From assembly GCA_028534125.1 (NCBI GenBank), contig CM052817.1, forward strand, positions 94,862,001 to 94,926,000: a DNA stretch of 64,000 nucleotides. Direction: 5' to 3'. Shown here piece after piece: positions 1 through 13,025 of this stretch. A model generated the notes under the pieces. That model was given only the letters and a program-made list of their open reading frames with translations, made no database searches and was not told the origin of the DNA. The position numbers were made by a program, and so were the translations under genes. The number at the start of each line of letters is the position of its first letter. The stretch's first letter is position 1. Origin of the DNA: Lama glama. Its lineage: Eukaryota.

Positions 1-580
1 TCAGTACCCTGTGTGTGTATTGTTTCACTTAGAAAAATTACAAGTGAAAATGCAAAGCACCAGTAAGGAATTAACTTCTTTTTGCTATCGGAAATGAACC
101 GTGGAGTTGGATTAATGGAGTAACTTCTGTGCCGTATGAATTTAAATGGCCATTTCATTTAGGAAAAGGTGATTCCATTCCCAACAGCTCAAATCCTCGA
201 AGATGGAGCTTTGTGAAATTGCCAAGAGTGAGTCAGAAATATGTTTTGAAACTAGGTAGTGGTTTGCTAGATCGTTGGTGACACTGAACAAGCTGACCAC
301 TTGTTAGTTCATTGAGCAAGCTGGCCAGTAGTACTGACACTATGAAAAATGGCTCAAGTGTCCAACTGGTGAGCAGACTTTAAAATCTTCATTGTGTATG
401 TGTGGTGGGGGGGTGAGGGGCATGAACCTTGTTTGTGGTTGATGTTGTTTTATCCCAAAGAGGAACATTTCCAAGGTGATTCGGAATTTTTAAATTGAGC
501 TTATACCTGAATTTAGAGTCAGCACTTCTGGCAAGTCCTAGAACCAGCCTCATTTATGTGAGGCCCCTGGGAATGATAGA

Positions 581-735
581 CCAGTGGTTTTCCAGGATGG
601 CTGCACAGTAGAATTGCTTGGGAGCCTTTAAAAATCCCACTGTCCAAATTAAATCAGAGTATCTGGAGTTGGGACCCAGGCATTGGTATGTTTTTCAGGT
701 GATTTCAGTGCATAACCAAACCCCTGGGTCACCTG
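581..735. mobile_element. hAT-Charlie MITE remnant (MER5-like)
   Basis: cagtggtttt...ggctgcaca.tagaat...gggagc.tttaaaaat...attaaatcagagtatctgg resembles the MER5A/B consensus (recalled). Confidence 0.7.
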
Positions 736-2092
736 AACAAGGAATGAGACACATTTTCTCTGCCCAGTCTCTGCCCCAATTCTACTATTGAGATGACCAC
801 TGGGAGCAAACAGCTGGACACCAGTTGTCACTGCCCTATACATTGTGTCATTTACTTGACCTACACATGTTCCTTGTCTGCTTTGAGCAAGATGAGTTAA
901 CTCAGGCAGCGTTGTAAAAGTCTTGATATAAAGTTTTGAAAAATGACATTTAAAAATCTCAACAGTTATTTCTAATTGGACAATTGCTTAACCCTGTGTG
1001 GTTTGTTTTTTTTTCTCCATTTTTGTTCCCTTTGGGAATCGGATATTCAGCTAGTTGGCAAAACTGTTCTCATTCCTGTTCCTAAAATATGTAGTTTTTG
1101 CTATTAAATCTAAAAACACTTGTTAAAAAAATGACAAGGACACTGGAAGTTACTCTATTGTAATTTTACCAAACTTCCCCTGGCCACCGAGGATCTGAAA
1201 GTCAGCCTTAGCTATGCGTGTGTGCAGCAGTCAGGACAAGCCTGCACCTGTCATCTCCAGGGTCCTCCCCTCCCCGGGGAACACACACTGTCCTTGTGGG
1301 GGATTGGAGGACCGAGGGGCTTACACCCACAGCAGCACGCAGCAGACAGAGCTAAAGATTTGTCTGTCATTGGAACAAGTGTGCCTGCACCCCGTCCCTC
1401 TCTATCTCCTTGCATCCTCATTTCAAAGGATGCTTTTTCGAAGCAGTCCTTTTACCAGGGGAGGAGAGGACATAAGGCTGGAAGCTGCTGATTGTCCGGG
1501 TGAGTGAGCCCATTGACATGGGGCTCTTGAGAGACTGTGGCCCCGGCACCCAGGAGCCACAGAAGCATGTGGAGGAGGATGCAGGGTGCGCCGGGGCAGG
1601 ACCTGACCGGGCAGCCTCTGATTTCACAGGCTTGTAAATCACATGCATAATTATAAGCAGCGAAAGTTTGGTGAAATGTAAGTGCTCAGCAGCCCACTGG
1701 GGTTGACGTCCCCGTTTTCTGAAGTTTGTCAGAGACCTTACCTTTTGCGTTTCCCTCTGTCTTTAACTGGCGGTCGTATGGCAGGCAGCCCGTGAAGTGT
1801 TAGTGTATTTTTGTTTAAGTGAAATGAGTCAGAGCATAAATGAGAAGCCATGTGCTTTGCAAAAGTGGTCTTGGAAACAGCACACACACACATATGGTGA
1901 TGATTGTGTTGCATATCAAATGCTTTCTCATAAAATTGTTAGAACTCTGCTTTTAAGCATCCTTTGATTTAAGCATCCTTTGGGTTGAAAGGAGGTGTGT
2001 TCAGTTGAAAGAAAGCAGCAACATTTATTTAATATAGTTACTAAACATTACAATAGAAGAATCACCATTCTGGAATGTTTTGTATACATGAC

Positions 2093-2425
2093 TTTTTTAG
2101 TTTTTTTTTTAATATATTTTTATTGAAGTATGGTCGGTTTACAATGTTATATTAATTTCTGGTATACAGCATTGTGATTCAGTTATATATGTATAACTTT
2201 TCATACTCTTTTTCATTATAGGTTATTACAAGATATTGGATATAGTTCCCTGTGCTGTACAGTAGGGCCTTGTTGTTTATCTGCTTTATATACAGTTGTT
2301 AGTATCTGCAAATTCCGAACAGACTCACAGACATAGAAAGCAAACTTGTGGATGCCTGGGGGAGGATATGGGAGGGTGGAGGAATAAACTGGGAGTTTGG
2401 GATTTGCAGATAGTAACTACTATAT
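2093..2425 (-). mobile_element. L1 3'-end insertion with 5' inversion (minus segment 2093-2320, inverted plus segment 2321-2425)
   Basis: Poly-T followed by ttattgaagtat...ttccctgtgctgtacagtagg (antisense L1 3'UTR), directly abutting a sense-oriented upstream 3'UTR piece agactcacagacatagaaa...gggagtttgggatttgcagata. Confidence 0.85.
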
Positions 2426-3589
2426 TGGAAAGTTTTTGACCTATCAAATTACTGCATTACAAGTTATTAAATATCTAAAAGAGAATTTCTGTAGTGGTGG
2501 AAATAGCTGTTAGCTAAATTCATTCTAAAAGTGGTAGAAAGTTAATGGAATAGTTTTCCCCCAAATAAAAACTTCTACATGCCTTCTTTTTTGGGTAGTT
2601 TAAAATTCTGGTTCCAAACCATTAACATGTAGATCCCCAAGTAAAAAATTTTACTGCAGTTATTTTTTATATCAAGGTAGTAATGATATGGTATTAAATC
2701 CAACTGTCTTTATTTTATTGAGTGTTGCTGACACTACATCAAAATGCCCTGTACTGTGTAAAAATGTTCTTTTCAATTTTTAAAGAAGTCTAATCTCATT
2801 TTAAATCTACTGTGACTGTCCACAGGGAAATCATTTTTTGTGTGTGAAGCAAAAAGTCCCTAGGTCATGGGAAATAATCTTGGTGTAATTTTCTGTTTGG
2901 TTAAATTAATTTCATTTCTGCTGCTCTTACTTCTTTATTTTGGCATTTGCAATACTATTGATAAAACATTTTAATAAATATAAATGGACAGAGGTATGCT
3001 ATATCTCTGTAGTATGAGCCAGTTTAATCTATAAGTCACTCTCTAGCATGCATCGTTTTTTGACTGAAGCAGACATGGAGAATGTAAGGTCCCTCTGGTT
3101 GAGTAAAGACCGGCTTTCTCCTATGTTTTAGGTCCCATAAGTCACAGCTGAGGTGAGGAAAGTTTTTATGTGAATGTCTTTATATTTATCTAAGACTTGA
3201 AGGGCAAAGGAAATAGAGTCTATAAATCTCAGAAGCCCTATGGTAATCATTTAAAACAAGCGAAAAACCGAGAAATCTGGACCCTACAGAAGGTCTACCA
3301 CCTTTAAATCGCATCTGTCTGGACCCGACAGCCACCACCTCGCGGTTTCTGACTAGAAAGGGAAAAGGGGAGAGTTGTTGGTAACATGAGTTGGCGCGGC
3401 TCTCCAGTGGCTCTATTATCTAGTGAAAAGGAAATCCCAGGTGTCAGAAAACTATCTCTGTATTATAGAAAGTAGCACAGCACTCCCTTTTAGAGACATT
3501 CAATAGCTTTTCTTTCCCAGTACTATATATAGTCTTCAAGGCAGCCATGATGTTAGCAAGGATGCTCTAATCTGCTTTCTTACTAATTA

Positions 3590-3780
3590 TAACCACCATT
3601 ATTTAAGCATTTGCTTTCTTAAGCCATTAACTAAAGTACCTCTGTAATCCTTCCAGTCACCCAGTGAGGCAGGTATGAATATCCCACTTCACAGATGAGA
3701 AGACTGAGGCCCAGAAGTTAAGGGAACTGCCCAAGAGAACACCGTTAGCCAGTACCAGAGCTGGATCTCCTAGGCAGTTG
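3590..3780 (-). mobile_element. MIR SINE
   Basis: MIR core cacttcacagatgagaagactgaggcccagaagttaaggga.ctgcccaag. Confidence 0.8.
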
Positions 3781-3934
3781 TCGGACGCCCTGCCCTCCAC
3801 CACGGGGCTCTGCCGCTCTGTGCTTCTGACTGGCAGCACTGCACAGGAGGAGAGGCTGGGAGCATGAATGTTCAAGAAGCAGAGACTGGTGACGGGATGT
3901 AGGCATGCTCAGGTGCTGCTCATCCTGTCCGGTA

Positions 3935-4160
3935 GGACGGTGAGGAGGCTGAGGGCTTAGATCTAGCGTCAGGCAGAGAGACTTGGCTTCTAGTCACTGT
4001 GTCGACACCATGTGCGGGTTCTCTGACCCTGGGCGAGTTATTTAACCTCTAGGCTAGGGGTCTTCATCTGTAGACTGGAGATAATAAAAGGTTGCACCTA
4101 CCATTTACAGGCACAATCTCACATGAATCCGAAGTACTTTGTAAGCATTCGCTGTTACCA
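3935..4160 (+). mobile_element. MIR SINE
   Basis: tgaccctgggcgagttatttaacctct...tcttcatctgtagactggagataataa. Confidence 0.75.
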
Positions 4161-6929
4161 TCATCTGTCATACTGACATGAAATGACTCACCAGCTCCAG
4201 TGGCCACTTAGCTACACTCCCTGGTATTTAACAACCCCCCTTAATATGAGATTGGATGATAATTTATGGAGATTCTATGATAGTGTTCGAGTTTGCACCA
4301 AAATTATATGGCAGTCCATTGGAAACAAAGTTATACTGATGTATGTATGTATGTGGATTTTCTTCCATTCAAAATGTGAAACCTAGAATCTGTTTTTATT
4401 TAAATATATAACCAGAGGAAGAAAACATCTTCATTTTTACATCATCACCTTTTGGCATTAGGTGTGGGGCGTTGCTACCTACCTCATGATGCAAAAATCC
4501 CCAGTTCTGGAGTGTCTCAGAGCACATGCCTCACCATGATTAAGCACAAAGCAGCTGACCCAAGAGTACGGCAGCAAGCTTTCATCAGCATTTCCTTGCT
4601 TTCAGAGTAGTTTTTCTCAACCTGGATATTATAGTAATGTAGGTCTTTTTGTGTGTTTATTTTGGACCATGGTTTGTGTCACTCTGCCATAGAGTTAATA
4701 AATTGTAGGATTTGCAAAGGAAATACACTGAGACTGAAAACTAAGAAGGCATATATTTTTGCCCACTAGCCACTATTGCTCAAAGCACAGATTTAGAATC
4801 TCAGGATTTGGGTGGGGAGCAATTGAGCAAAGTTGCTGTAAAATTAACATGTAAGGTCATAATACAAAGAGTGTTCTACTCAACAAAATATTTTTGTTTA
4901 AAGACAGGTCAATAGAACTGTCCTAGGAAATCAGGGAAGGGAGAAGCTTGAAGGAAGGTTTCAAAATTAAACAACACAACAGACATCAGTTAATTTCTCA
5001 CGAAATGTGCAGGAGATCAGGTGCAAGAGTATATAAATGGAATGACCTCAGCTTCCTCCCTCTCAGACCCCGGGCTGCAGTAGACCCTTTTCCTATCACA
5101 TTAACTCAATACTTTACAGAAAACTTCCTAAATCTGTAAGCATGTTTGTTTGATTTGTGTCTTCCTATCTAAGACCAATTTGGGGAGTTTGCTGATGCAG
5201 CATTTTGCTTTTAACAGTCTTCTTTCATTTTTATATTTATAAACTAAATATAGAGAGAGTTATTTATACAATATATAATATTTATGTACAATAAACATTA
5301 TCAATTACTATAATACATTTTAATGTTATTCATTCATGGTTTTCAACAATTGACATTTAGTTTTGTTTTTTAAGTCTGAAAGTGTGCAGTTATGTTGAAC
5401 TATCATAATATCAAAGTGGCCAGAACTGAGGACATTTTGAAAAAATGAGTCACTGCCTAGAAATTAAAATCATCTTTGGAGATGCTGTTTATTGAGACCA
5501 TTCTATAACGTATTATAATGGGAAAACCTTGAGAAAATCTTTTTCTCCTCATGTCGTTTTCTAACCCAGCTTGACTTTGTGATACTAGGTGACAATACAC
5601 ACAGTCATAGTGGCTTTCAGGAATTACTATCTAAAAGGAGGTAAAATTTGAATGCTTCTTCTAGTGAATTTCCATTTTACTCTACCTGGGCCTGCCATAT
5701 TCAATTTATTTTAAATTCATTTATTCGTTCATTTTAAAATGTTGTGCAGTTTCACAGGCCTACACTTCAAATTACAGCAAATCTGTTAAAAAATAATTAT
5801 TTGTTTAAGATAAAATATGTGCTGATTACTCCATCATACATTTATGTAGTGGGACAAGGACAGAAAAGGAGCATCAATGAATTTGATCTACACTAATTCC
5901 ATCATTGCTAGTGATTGAAGTTATTTAATCTGATTGTAAAACTGAACCCAATAAACGGAAGCTATTATATTAAAATAAAACATTATGACAAAAGATCTTA
6001 AAGATTTATATATTGCCTCAGAATTCTTGATAAATGAATGTTCCTTCCAAATATTCAAATATTGAATATTCTGGCTTTCTCTTTAAGAGTTACTAAATTC
6101 TCTACTTCTCTTTTTTTATTTCTAATAAGCTGTTTCTGAAACAGCCTCTTATCCTAAAGCACCTTTGATCCAAATGGATCACAAACTTAAATAAAATGAC
6201 ATTTGTCCTCAGGCTATTTCTCACTAGGGAAAACACATCTGTTCTAAGAACCCTTAGCCAGTAGTTTGAAACTGTTCTGAAGAATTCCTTAAAAAAAAAA
6301 AAGAAAAGAAAGGAAGAGAAAAAGACTGTGTGCACAGTGTGAATGGAAGATGCTTGAGGTTGGGAAAAAATTCGGAAAGTGCTAACCCTTAAGAGGATAA
6401 AAAGATAACCGAATTTAATTCCCATTAAAGTCTTGGCCTTTCTATGAAAGATTTGGTGATCAGACTCCCACAGTGCAAATATCTTTGTGGATGGATGTGA
6501 ACACACCTGTTCAGGAAAAGTGAAACAAAACTTGAACTGACTCCTGCCACACACAGGTCACCAAACATCTGTCATAAGTTATCAATTACCAGCCTAGACT
6601 GGACTCAAGCTTGTGACCTGAGGTTGAAAAAGCCACATAGCTCATTCTGCCTCTTACCCAGTCTGTGGTTTTGCTCTGTACCACCATTAAAGCTTCTGTT
6701 TAAATCTCCAGGGGTTTGGAAGATCAGATTGACCCTGTGACATTAATAATGTATTTATGCCAAGGTTTTCCACACACACCACCCTGGGGCTGATCTTAGT
6801 TAGGATTTTGTGACTTGCAGTAATGTAGCTAGCTCCAAAAAGATTTACCCAATAGTTGGCATAGTTCGTTAATTGCATAAGTTCCTTAATTGCAACCTAA
6901 AGACAATATCTCCTTGTCCAAAGAAGGCT

Positions 6930-6978
6930 CTGTGTGTGCATGTGCACATGTGTCTATGTATGTGTGTGTGTGTATGTG
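6930..6978. repeat. Imperfect (TG)n microsatellite
   Basis: tgtgtgtgcatgtgcacatgtgtctatgtatgtgtgtgtgtgtatgtg. Confidence 0.8.
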
Positions 6979-7749
6979 TCTTAAGATTTAGGCTTTGATT
7001 AAATGTCAGTACATATAAAACTTCTGCATAAAAGTAAACAAATGAAACAAAGAAAGAAAAACAAACAAAAAAAGTCTGACAGGCACCACTAACTAGGTGA
7101 GCCTCTTCCCTTGTAAATAACTATTAAAATTTCTGGCAACAGCATCAGTTGTCAACGCCTTGGTTCTCACATGTGTCTCTTTCTTGTAATGTCCCACCTT
7201 AGTTGGTTATGTGTGAGAACTAAGCTCCGGGTGGCAGCCGCACTCATCCGCTGAGTTTGCCCGTGGTTGTGTGATTTGGAGCAGTCTGCTTAATCTGGGA
7301 TCTCTGCATCCTCGTCTTTGACAGCAGAGGACTAGGCTAAATGATACCTTAGGTCTTTTCTATCTCTAAAATTCTGTGAAACAGCAGTGCAAGTCTCCAA
7401 CGCTTTCCAAGAAAATTATGGTAAAGAGAAGCGATCAGTGTGACCCCAGCATGGCAACTCCCTACTTGCTCGGGCTCAGAGGGTGTAGGGCTTACTTTGC
7501 TTTACTCTGTTTTTGTTTTTTCTCCCCTTCGTACCGATACAGAAACACAGGCAGTGTCTCCCAATGCAGAGCCCACTGGGCACCCTGCCGCATTGTCAGG
7601 TGCCCTCGCCTTTCTGTGTGGTCACTGTTACTCCAGTGAAACTTTTAAAAGCTGCCTAACTCAGCATAAAGTGAGACTTCACATTTCAGTTAATGGAAAT
7701 ATAATGTCTTTAATGCGTAGGAATAACAGGGTGGTAAATTTTCAAACCT

Positions 7750-8110
7750 GAGTTTGAGGGTAAAAGTAGATCATGACCTTGAAGTGGGCAGTTCTTGGTG
7801 TGCTAGGGAAGACATCAGTACGGAGCTGAGTGAAGGAAGAGGAGCGTCACCCTGGGAGATAAGATTGCAGAGTTGAGCATCTGTGTGGTGATGGTGGGGG
7901 TAGAAGGTGTGCATCAGATAATGTAGGGTCTTACATGTCCTCCTAAGGTCTTTGGCTTTTACGGTGAATGAAATGGGGAATCACTGGAGGATTCTGAACA
8001 CAAGAGCGACATGATTTGACTTGAACTTTTTAAACAAGATCAGTAGCTGCCATGTAGAGATAGCGGGCTAGGCGGGACAGGGGTGGAAGCAGGGACATGG
8101 GGAAGAATCC
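7750..8110 (-). mobile_element. L2 LINE fragment
   Basis: taaggtctttggcttttac...aaatggggaatcactgggaggattctgaaca...gacatgatttgact matches the antisense L2 pattern (recalled). Confidence 0.65.
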
Positions 8111-10784
8111 TGACTTCCGGTGCCACCTCTGCTATGAAAGTGCTTTGTGCCCCTGGACCAATCATTGACTTGAGCCTCAATTTTTCCTCTGTAAAAATCA
8201 GAGGATCAGTAGTACCTGAGGTTCCTTTCATTTCCAATCTTCAGCATGTCAGTACTTGGAGGAATATTTAGAAATTTACTCCATTAAATGTAAGCATTTT
8301 TACACATGGTGTTTACCAAATATATACCTTCTTTCCTGTAGTTTTAAAGTTGCAAATTTTGAAACTCTGGACATTAGCAACATAGAACATTTAATTGGCT
8401 CCAGTGAAAGGTTGTAAGTTACAGAAAAATAGCAATTGTGGTAATATAAAAAAGAGGGCTCACTCCATACCAATCATGAATGATAATTCATGAAAACAGT
8501 AACCACCACTAAGACTGGTTGTGTGTTCACACACACATTCCTCTTTGGGAAATGCACACATCAGTAGAGGAAGGGGATCAGGTGATTATTTTTAAAATGA
8601 TAATTATACTTGGGTTTAGTATATAAGAAACCAAAATCCAGGTATCCTTAAATCAGACAGGATTAAAATAATGGCAGAATACAAAACTATGGACCTCTAA
8701 GAAGGAGGCTATGCAAATGCTGTAGGGAATTTCTAGCTATTTAAATGACAAAATAATGACCTTCCATCTACAGTACCCATAACTCACTCACTAAAATAGA
8801 ATATTCCCAGATATCCTCAGTGAGTTTCTTCTTTGTTTCGACAATGGAACCTCCTTAACTAATCAGTCTTTTGGGGCTGTAAACTATGCTGGTGGGGAAA
8901 ACAAAACGAAACAAAACAACCATCTCCTTTTCTACCTGCCTGTGAATCTACGAAAGTTAATTTGGTCGTGGATAGAGTAAACTAGACGTGAAAAATTGAA
9001 AAGGCAAAGAGGGTAATGCACGCTTGATAATTTTAGTTGCACATGTAAGGATTTCAGTGCTGTTTCCTTGAGAGCAGTCCCATGGTGCCAATTAACCTGA
9101 CGTATTCCAAAACAATTCTCTGTTTGGAAAGAATCCTTTTCATTGTGGGTGTTCCTTGAAATCGTATGCCTCATCCCCTTACTGAGATGTGTGCTGTGCA
9201 ATTCAAAGTACCAGCCTCGTTTCCACGCAGCATAGAGATCAGAGCTGTATCCCACATGCAGTGTCAGATAATCTGTTTTAATTTTGTCCGATGCACACAT
9301 ATTTTAACCTTTCGTAATTTTTTTAATGTGGAAAATGCATCTTTATCTAATGTAAAACCCAGTATTTCATGTCAGAATTACCAAAAACACAAAAAGCAAG
9401 AGATTTGTTTTAATCAGGAAATAGCTTTTCTTGGAAAAATTTTAAAGTAAGTCAACTTTCTTGGCTTGCTTTAAATTAGCATCTTCATTTTTCCTGGAAA
9501 TAACTTGAAAATGCTTTTCCTTCAGTGTGAGACAACACTGGACTCGAAAAGATTGAAAAGGGTTTAACTAACTTGGTAAATGCATTCTCCACTTTATTAG
9601 GCTATGTTGTCTATTTGGCTTTCTGGAGTATTCTTTTTTGAATCTAATAAATCAATTAACCAATACTCATTCTAAGATTGAATTTGGTGAACAGAATATA
9701 TGTGCTTTTCATCAGGGCACACATCTTTTTTAAGTCTGAAACCACCACACACAAAGGATTTAATTCTGACAGGCATTTGTTCTCAGCATAAATACTTTAG
9801 AGCCAGTGGTCGTCCCCACTTAATCATGCTTCTTAAAAGTGAATTCCAGAAGCCTTGAGGCCCCAAATGACCCCTGGTAAGGTGAGTTGTCAGTAAATTA
9901 CTTTTATGATGTGCCCTAGGGAAGCAAGTCTGCTAGAACTTGGTAGGGAGTTGGCCCCCTCTTGCCTGGAGGGGAATGACCTTTAACTTTATCTAACCTT
10001 TGCATTTCTAATTCTAAATTTTTGGGAGGCATTTAGTCATGTTGTTGGATATCCTATTAAAACGGAGACCTCTCCTGTGCCCATAAGATAGTGTTAATCA
10101 CACGTTTGTCGCTCAGCTTCCCAGTGAAGCCTGCCAGTGTGCTTGCTGTTTGTACAGTTTACTTTTAACTGCCAAACATTGGATGAGTTGAAATATAAAT
10201 GAGTTCAAAACGGATTCATAGTTAAATGATGACTGCCTTGGGTGACATTTGGGAAACACTGTAGAAAATTTAATCCCTGTAATTTTGCTCATTTGAATTT
10301 ATTGTGGCACTTGAAAATTTGTAAGCGCCATTAAAGATAAATGAAGATCTTGAATGAGAATACATTTATTTTTTTTCACAAAAATATTTAGTTATTGAAA
10401 ACAGGTCTTGTCAATTTTTGTGTTGTCTCCGTTATGAAAAATCTTTTATTGTGCTTTTGGGGAATAATTACATCAAAATCCTCACCAGTACAAATTCAGA
10501 TTCAGGTTTGCATTAAAAAAATACCCTTATTTGGCTATCTTATACTAAAACATGGGGAAATAATGCTCTTTTACAGGAGATAAAATACAAAGTGATCATT
10601 CATTTCCTGGTAAAGATCAGGGCGTAAGTTAGGTAGACCCAGATGTCTATGTTTTAATTCCATGAATGTCTAATTTTTTCTTCTTGTCCCATTAGTTTTG
10701 GATGACATTGGAAGGTCCAGTATTTTTAATTCTTTCATAAAGAAAAGTAGTTCACTGCTCAGTTTTACTGTTTATAAGTGTATC

Positions 10785-10878
10785 ATATATACATGTAACT
10801 ATGGGTGTCCGTATATATATGTGTATATATATGTATGTATATATATGGTGTGCATATATACGCATACCCATATATAAT
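10785..10878. repeat. (AT/GT)n low-complexity tract
   Basis: gtatatatatgtgtatatatatgtatgtatatatat. Confidence 0.75.
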
Positions 10879-11839
10879 AGAACACTGTGTTGCTGAATGA
10901 AATATTGCTAAATTTAAGCTTTTCCCCCCAAATTACACACCTAATTTTTAATCAGACATTGTTTAGGTATGTAAATGCACAGACTAAATGTAGAATATTT
11001 CTATAATCTCTCTGATTTATACATCAGATTGTAACATAAGCAAAGCCAAGCGGTCTAAGCTTTGCATGTGGTATCAGCCCTTTGAGGAGTTCAACAATAT
11101 GCAGTCGTAGAAGCAGTTAGTGTAACTTCAGTCATTTTCTAGTGGGGAGGAGGAGAGGTCAGCAAATTCTTTCCTATAAACCAAAGGCCCTGGCTCAAGA
11201 GTGTATATAAACAAGATGTAAGTTTTAAATATAGTTTAAATGCCACCCAGGAGAAAAACTCAATGGTAAAGAAGTTATCAACAGACAAGGAGCAATCTTT
11301 AAATGATGGAGAAAATATTAAATTGGTGGCAATAACATTAGGAATACATAGGCATGTGCTTCCAAAACTGTAGCACAAAAGGTCCTCTTCCTCCCGCCCC
11401 GCCCCAGCTGTTTCTCTCTGGATGTGGGAGCTGTAGAAATGGTACAGCAAGATGTAAGTTGGATTCCTTGATCACCCTAAGTAGAGTTTACTTGAGAAAA
11501 TGGCCATCAAACTTATAATTGTGACACGAATTGGGAAGCAATGCCTAGAATACAATAAATGACCCGTGAAGATACGAATATTCAAACTATCTTAGGCTGT
11601 TTGCTTGTTTTAATCCTACCAAAAGGACTTGGTTGTCATTCTGTGTGCTCCTACTGAAATATGGCTGAGGGTTTTTTGGTTTGTGTGTGTGTTTGGTTTT
11701 GGTTTTGTTTTCTCAAAAATTCTACCAGGAAGTATCTTGACATTTTAATCATTACAGCATGTTCTACTTTTCCTTGCCTGGAGTCTTGCTATTATCACTG
11801 AACATGGACTAGGAGACGTTCCTGTGTGTTAGGTACTGA

Positions 11840-11980
11840 GCAGGGCCCATCTCTGGAGCCATTTCTGGAACCTGACCCAAAACACAGGACCTGGAGTGTG
11901 GCAGGTAGTTCCCCAGAGGAAGATCAGAGTGCTGTGACCGAAGCAAATGGTTGGTGGGAGGAAAAGCAACAGAGATATGA
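11840..11980 (-). mobile_element. Old MaLR LTR fragment (MLT1K/L-like)
   Basis: ggtagttccccagaggaagatcagagtgctgtgacc...aaaagcaacaga resembles an MLT1 end (recalled). Confidence 0.45.
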
Positions 11981-12132
11981 GACACTCTGGTTAACAAGGG
12001 AGAGGAGACAGAATAAATGACCTGGTACACACTATTCCCAAAGTCTAAGCCGAGTCTAAGCCAAGATCCCAGGGGAAAGAACAGGGAACTCCATCCATCT
12101 GAGGATGGTGGTGCCTCACATAGGGAATAACT

Positions 12133-12219
12133 TATTTTTTTCTTTTAATGGAGACATTAGGGATTGAACCCAGGTACTTACATATGGTAAGCTCTACCAC
12201 TGAGCTATAACCCACCCCC
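12133..12219 (-). mobile_element. Camelid-type tRNA SINE (Vic-1-like), short copy
   Basis: Antisense A box (ccactgagcta) and B box (ggattgaacc). TSD gggaataact at 12123-12132 and 12221-12230. Confidence 0.85.
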
Positions 12220-12654
12220 TGGGAATAACTCTTAAATGGTATGGGCAGAAAAGACGGAAGAGCCTTTCATGCAGGAAGCATCATGGATGTCTTAAATATA
12301 GTTTATCTCTGGATAAAAGATCAGGATGGGGCTAGACATGTAAACTGAGGCGAGAGACAGTCCCCATAATGGGTCTCATATACGCAGGGATTCTGAGTTT
12401 CTTTCTGCAGAGGACAGCGAGGAGGGTTATGGCCGGCGCCCAGTGAGGGGTTAGGCCCTCGGGTCCCAGCTGCCTCCTCTGGGCTGCTTCTCCTTGCAGG
12501 GGATCTGAGAGCTTCTCGTCTGGAGGACAAGGCAGCTTAAGAAATGGATCTAGAAAGAATTGAAAGATGAACGCAAAGGGAGAAGATCCTAGGGAAAACA
12601 GAAACGCAATTCAAACGGGCTTAATCAAAAAAGAAAAAACAGCCCCTGGCTCTG

Positions 12655-13025
12655 CTCTCGCCTGCGCTGGCTCGGTTCTTGGGCAGGCTTTCCTCCTGCG
12701 GCACCGATGATGGCCTTTCCGGGCTTCCGCCCTCCCGGGTTAGCAAGCCCAGGAGAACGAGGGCTGCTCTCCCCCGAGGGCTGCCGCGGGCCCGCGGTGT
12801 GCTGCCTGGGTCACCTGCCCTTGGTGTCTGGAGCCGCGGGAGGAGAGCAGCATAATCCAAAGCGCTAAACTCCGAGTGAGGAAGGGGTAAGGCCCCAAAG
12901 GGAGATCGGAGCGCTGTTCCCGGCGGAGGTGGGAGTGAGCGCTGGGCAGTCCCGGCACCAGCGCCCGCGGCTCACTGGGCAAACGAGGCTGCTTATTAAA
13001 TCAGAGCAGGCTCGCAGTACTCGGT
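12655..13025. promoter_or_regulatory. Intronic CpG island-like segment
   Basis: About 30 CpG in ~365 bp by hand count, high GC, against an AT-rich CpG-poor background. Not recognised as a repeat. Confidence 0.7.

Noticed and set aside
1952..1983. Tandem 16-bp duplication tttaagcatcctttg(a/g); similar micro-duplications at ~12042, ~16245 and ~48280
   Set aside because: Ordinary slippage duplications with two copies and no spacers.
3590..4160. Oppositely oriented MIR pair as a dsRNA stem
   Set aside because: The copies are too diverged for a stable long duplex, and the arrangement is common.
6102..6554. 150-aa minus-strand ORF
   Set aside because: Runs through a poly-T tract (poly-Phe) and has no recognisable similarity.
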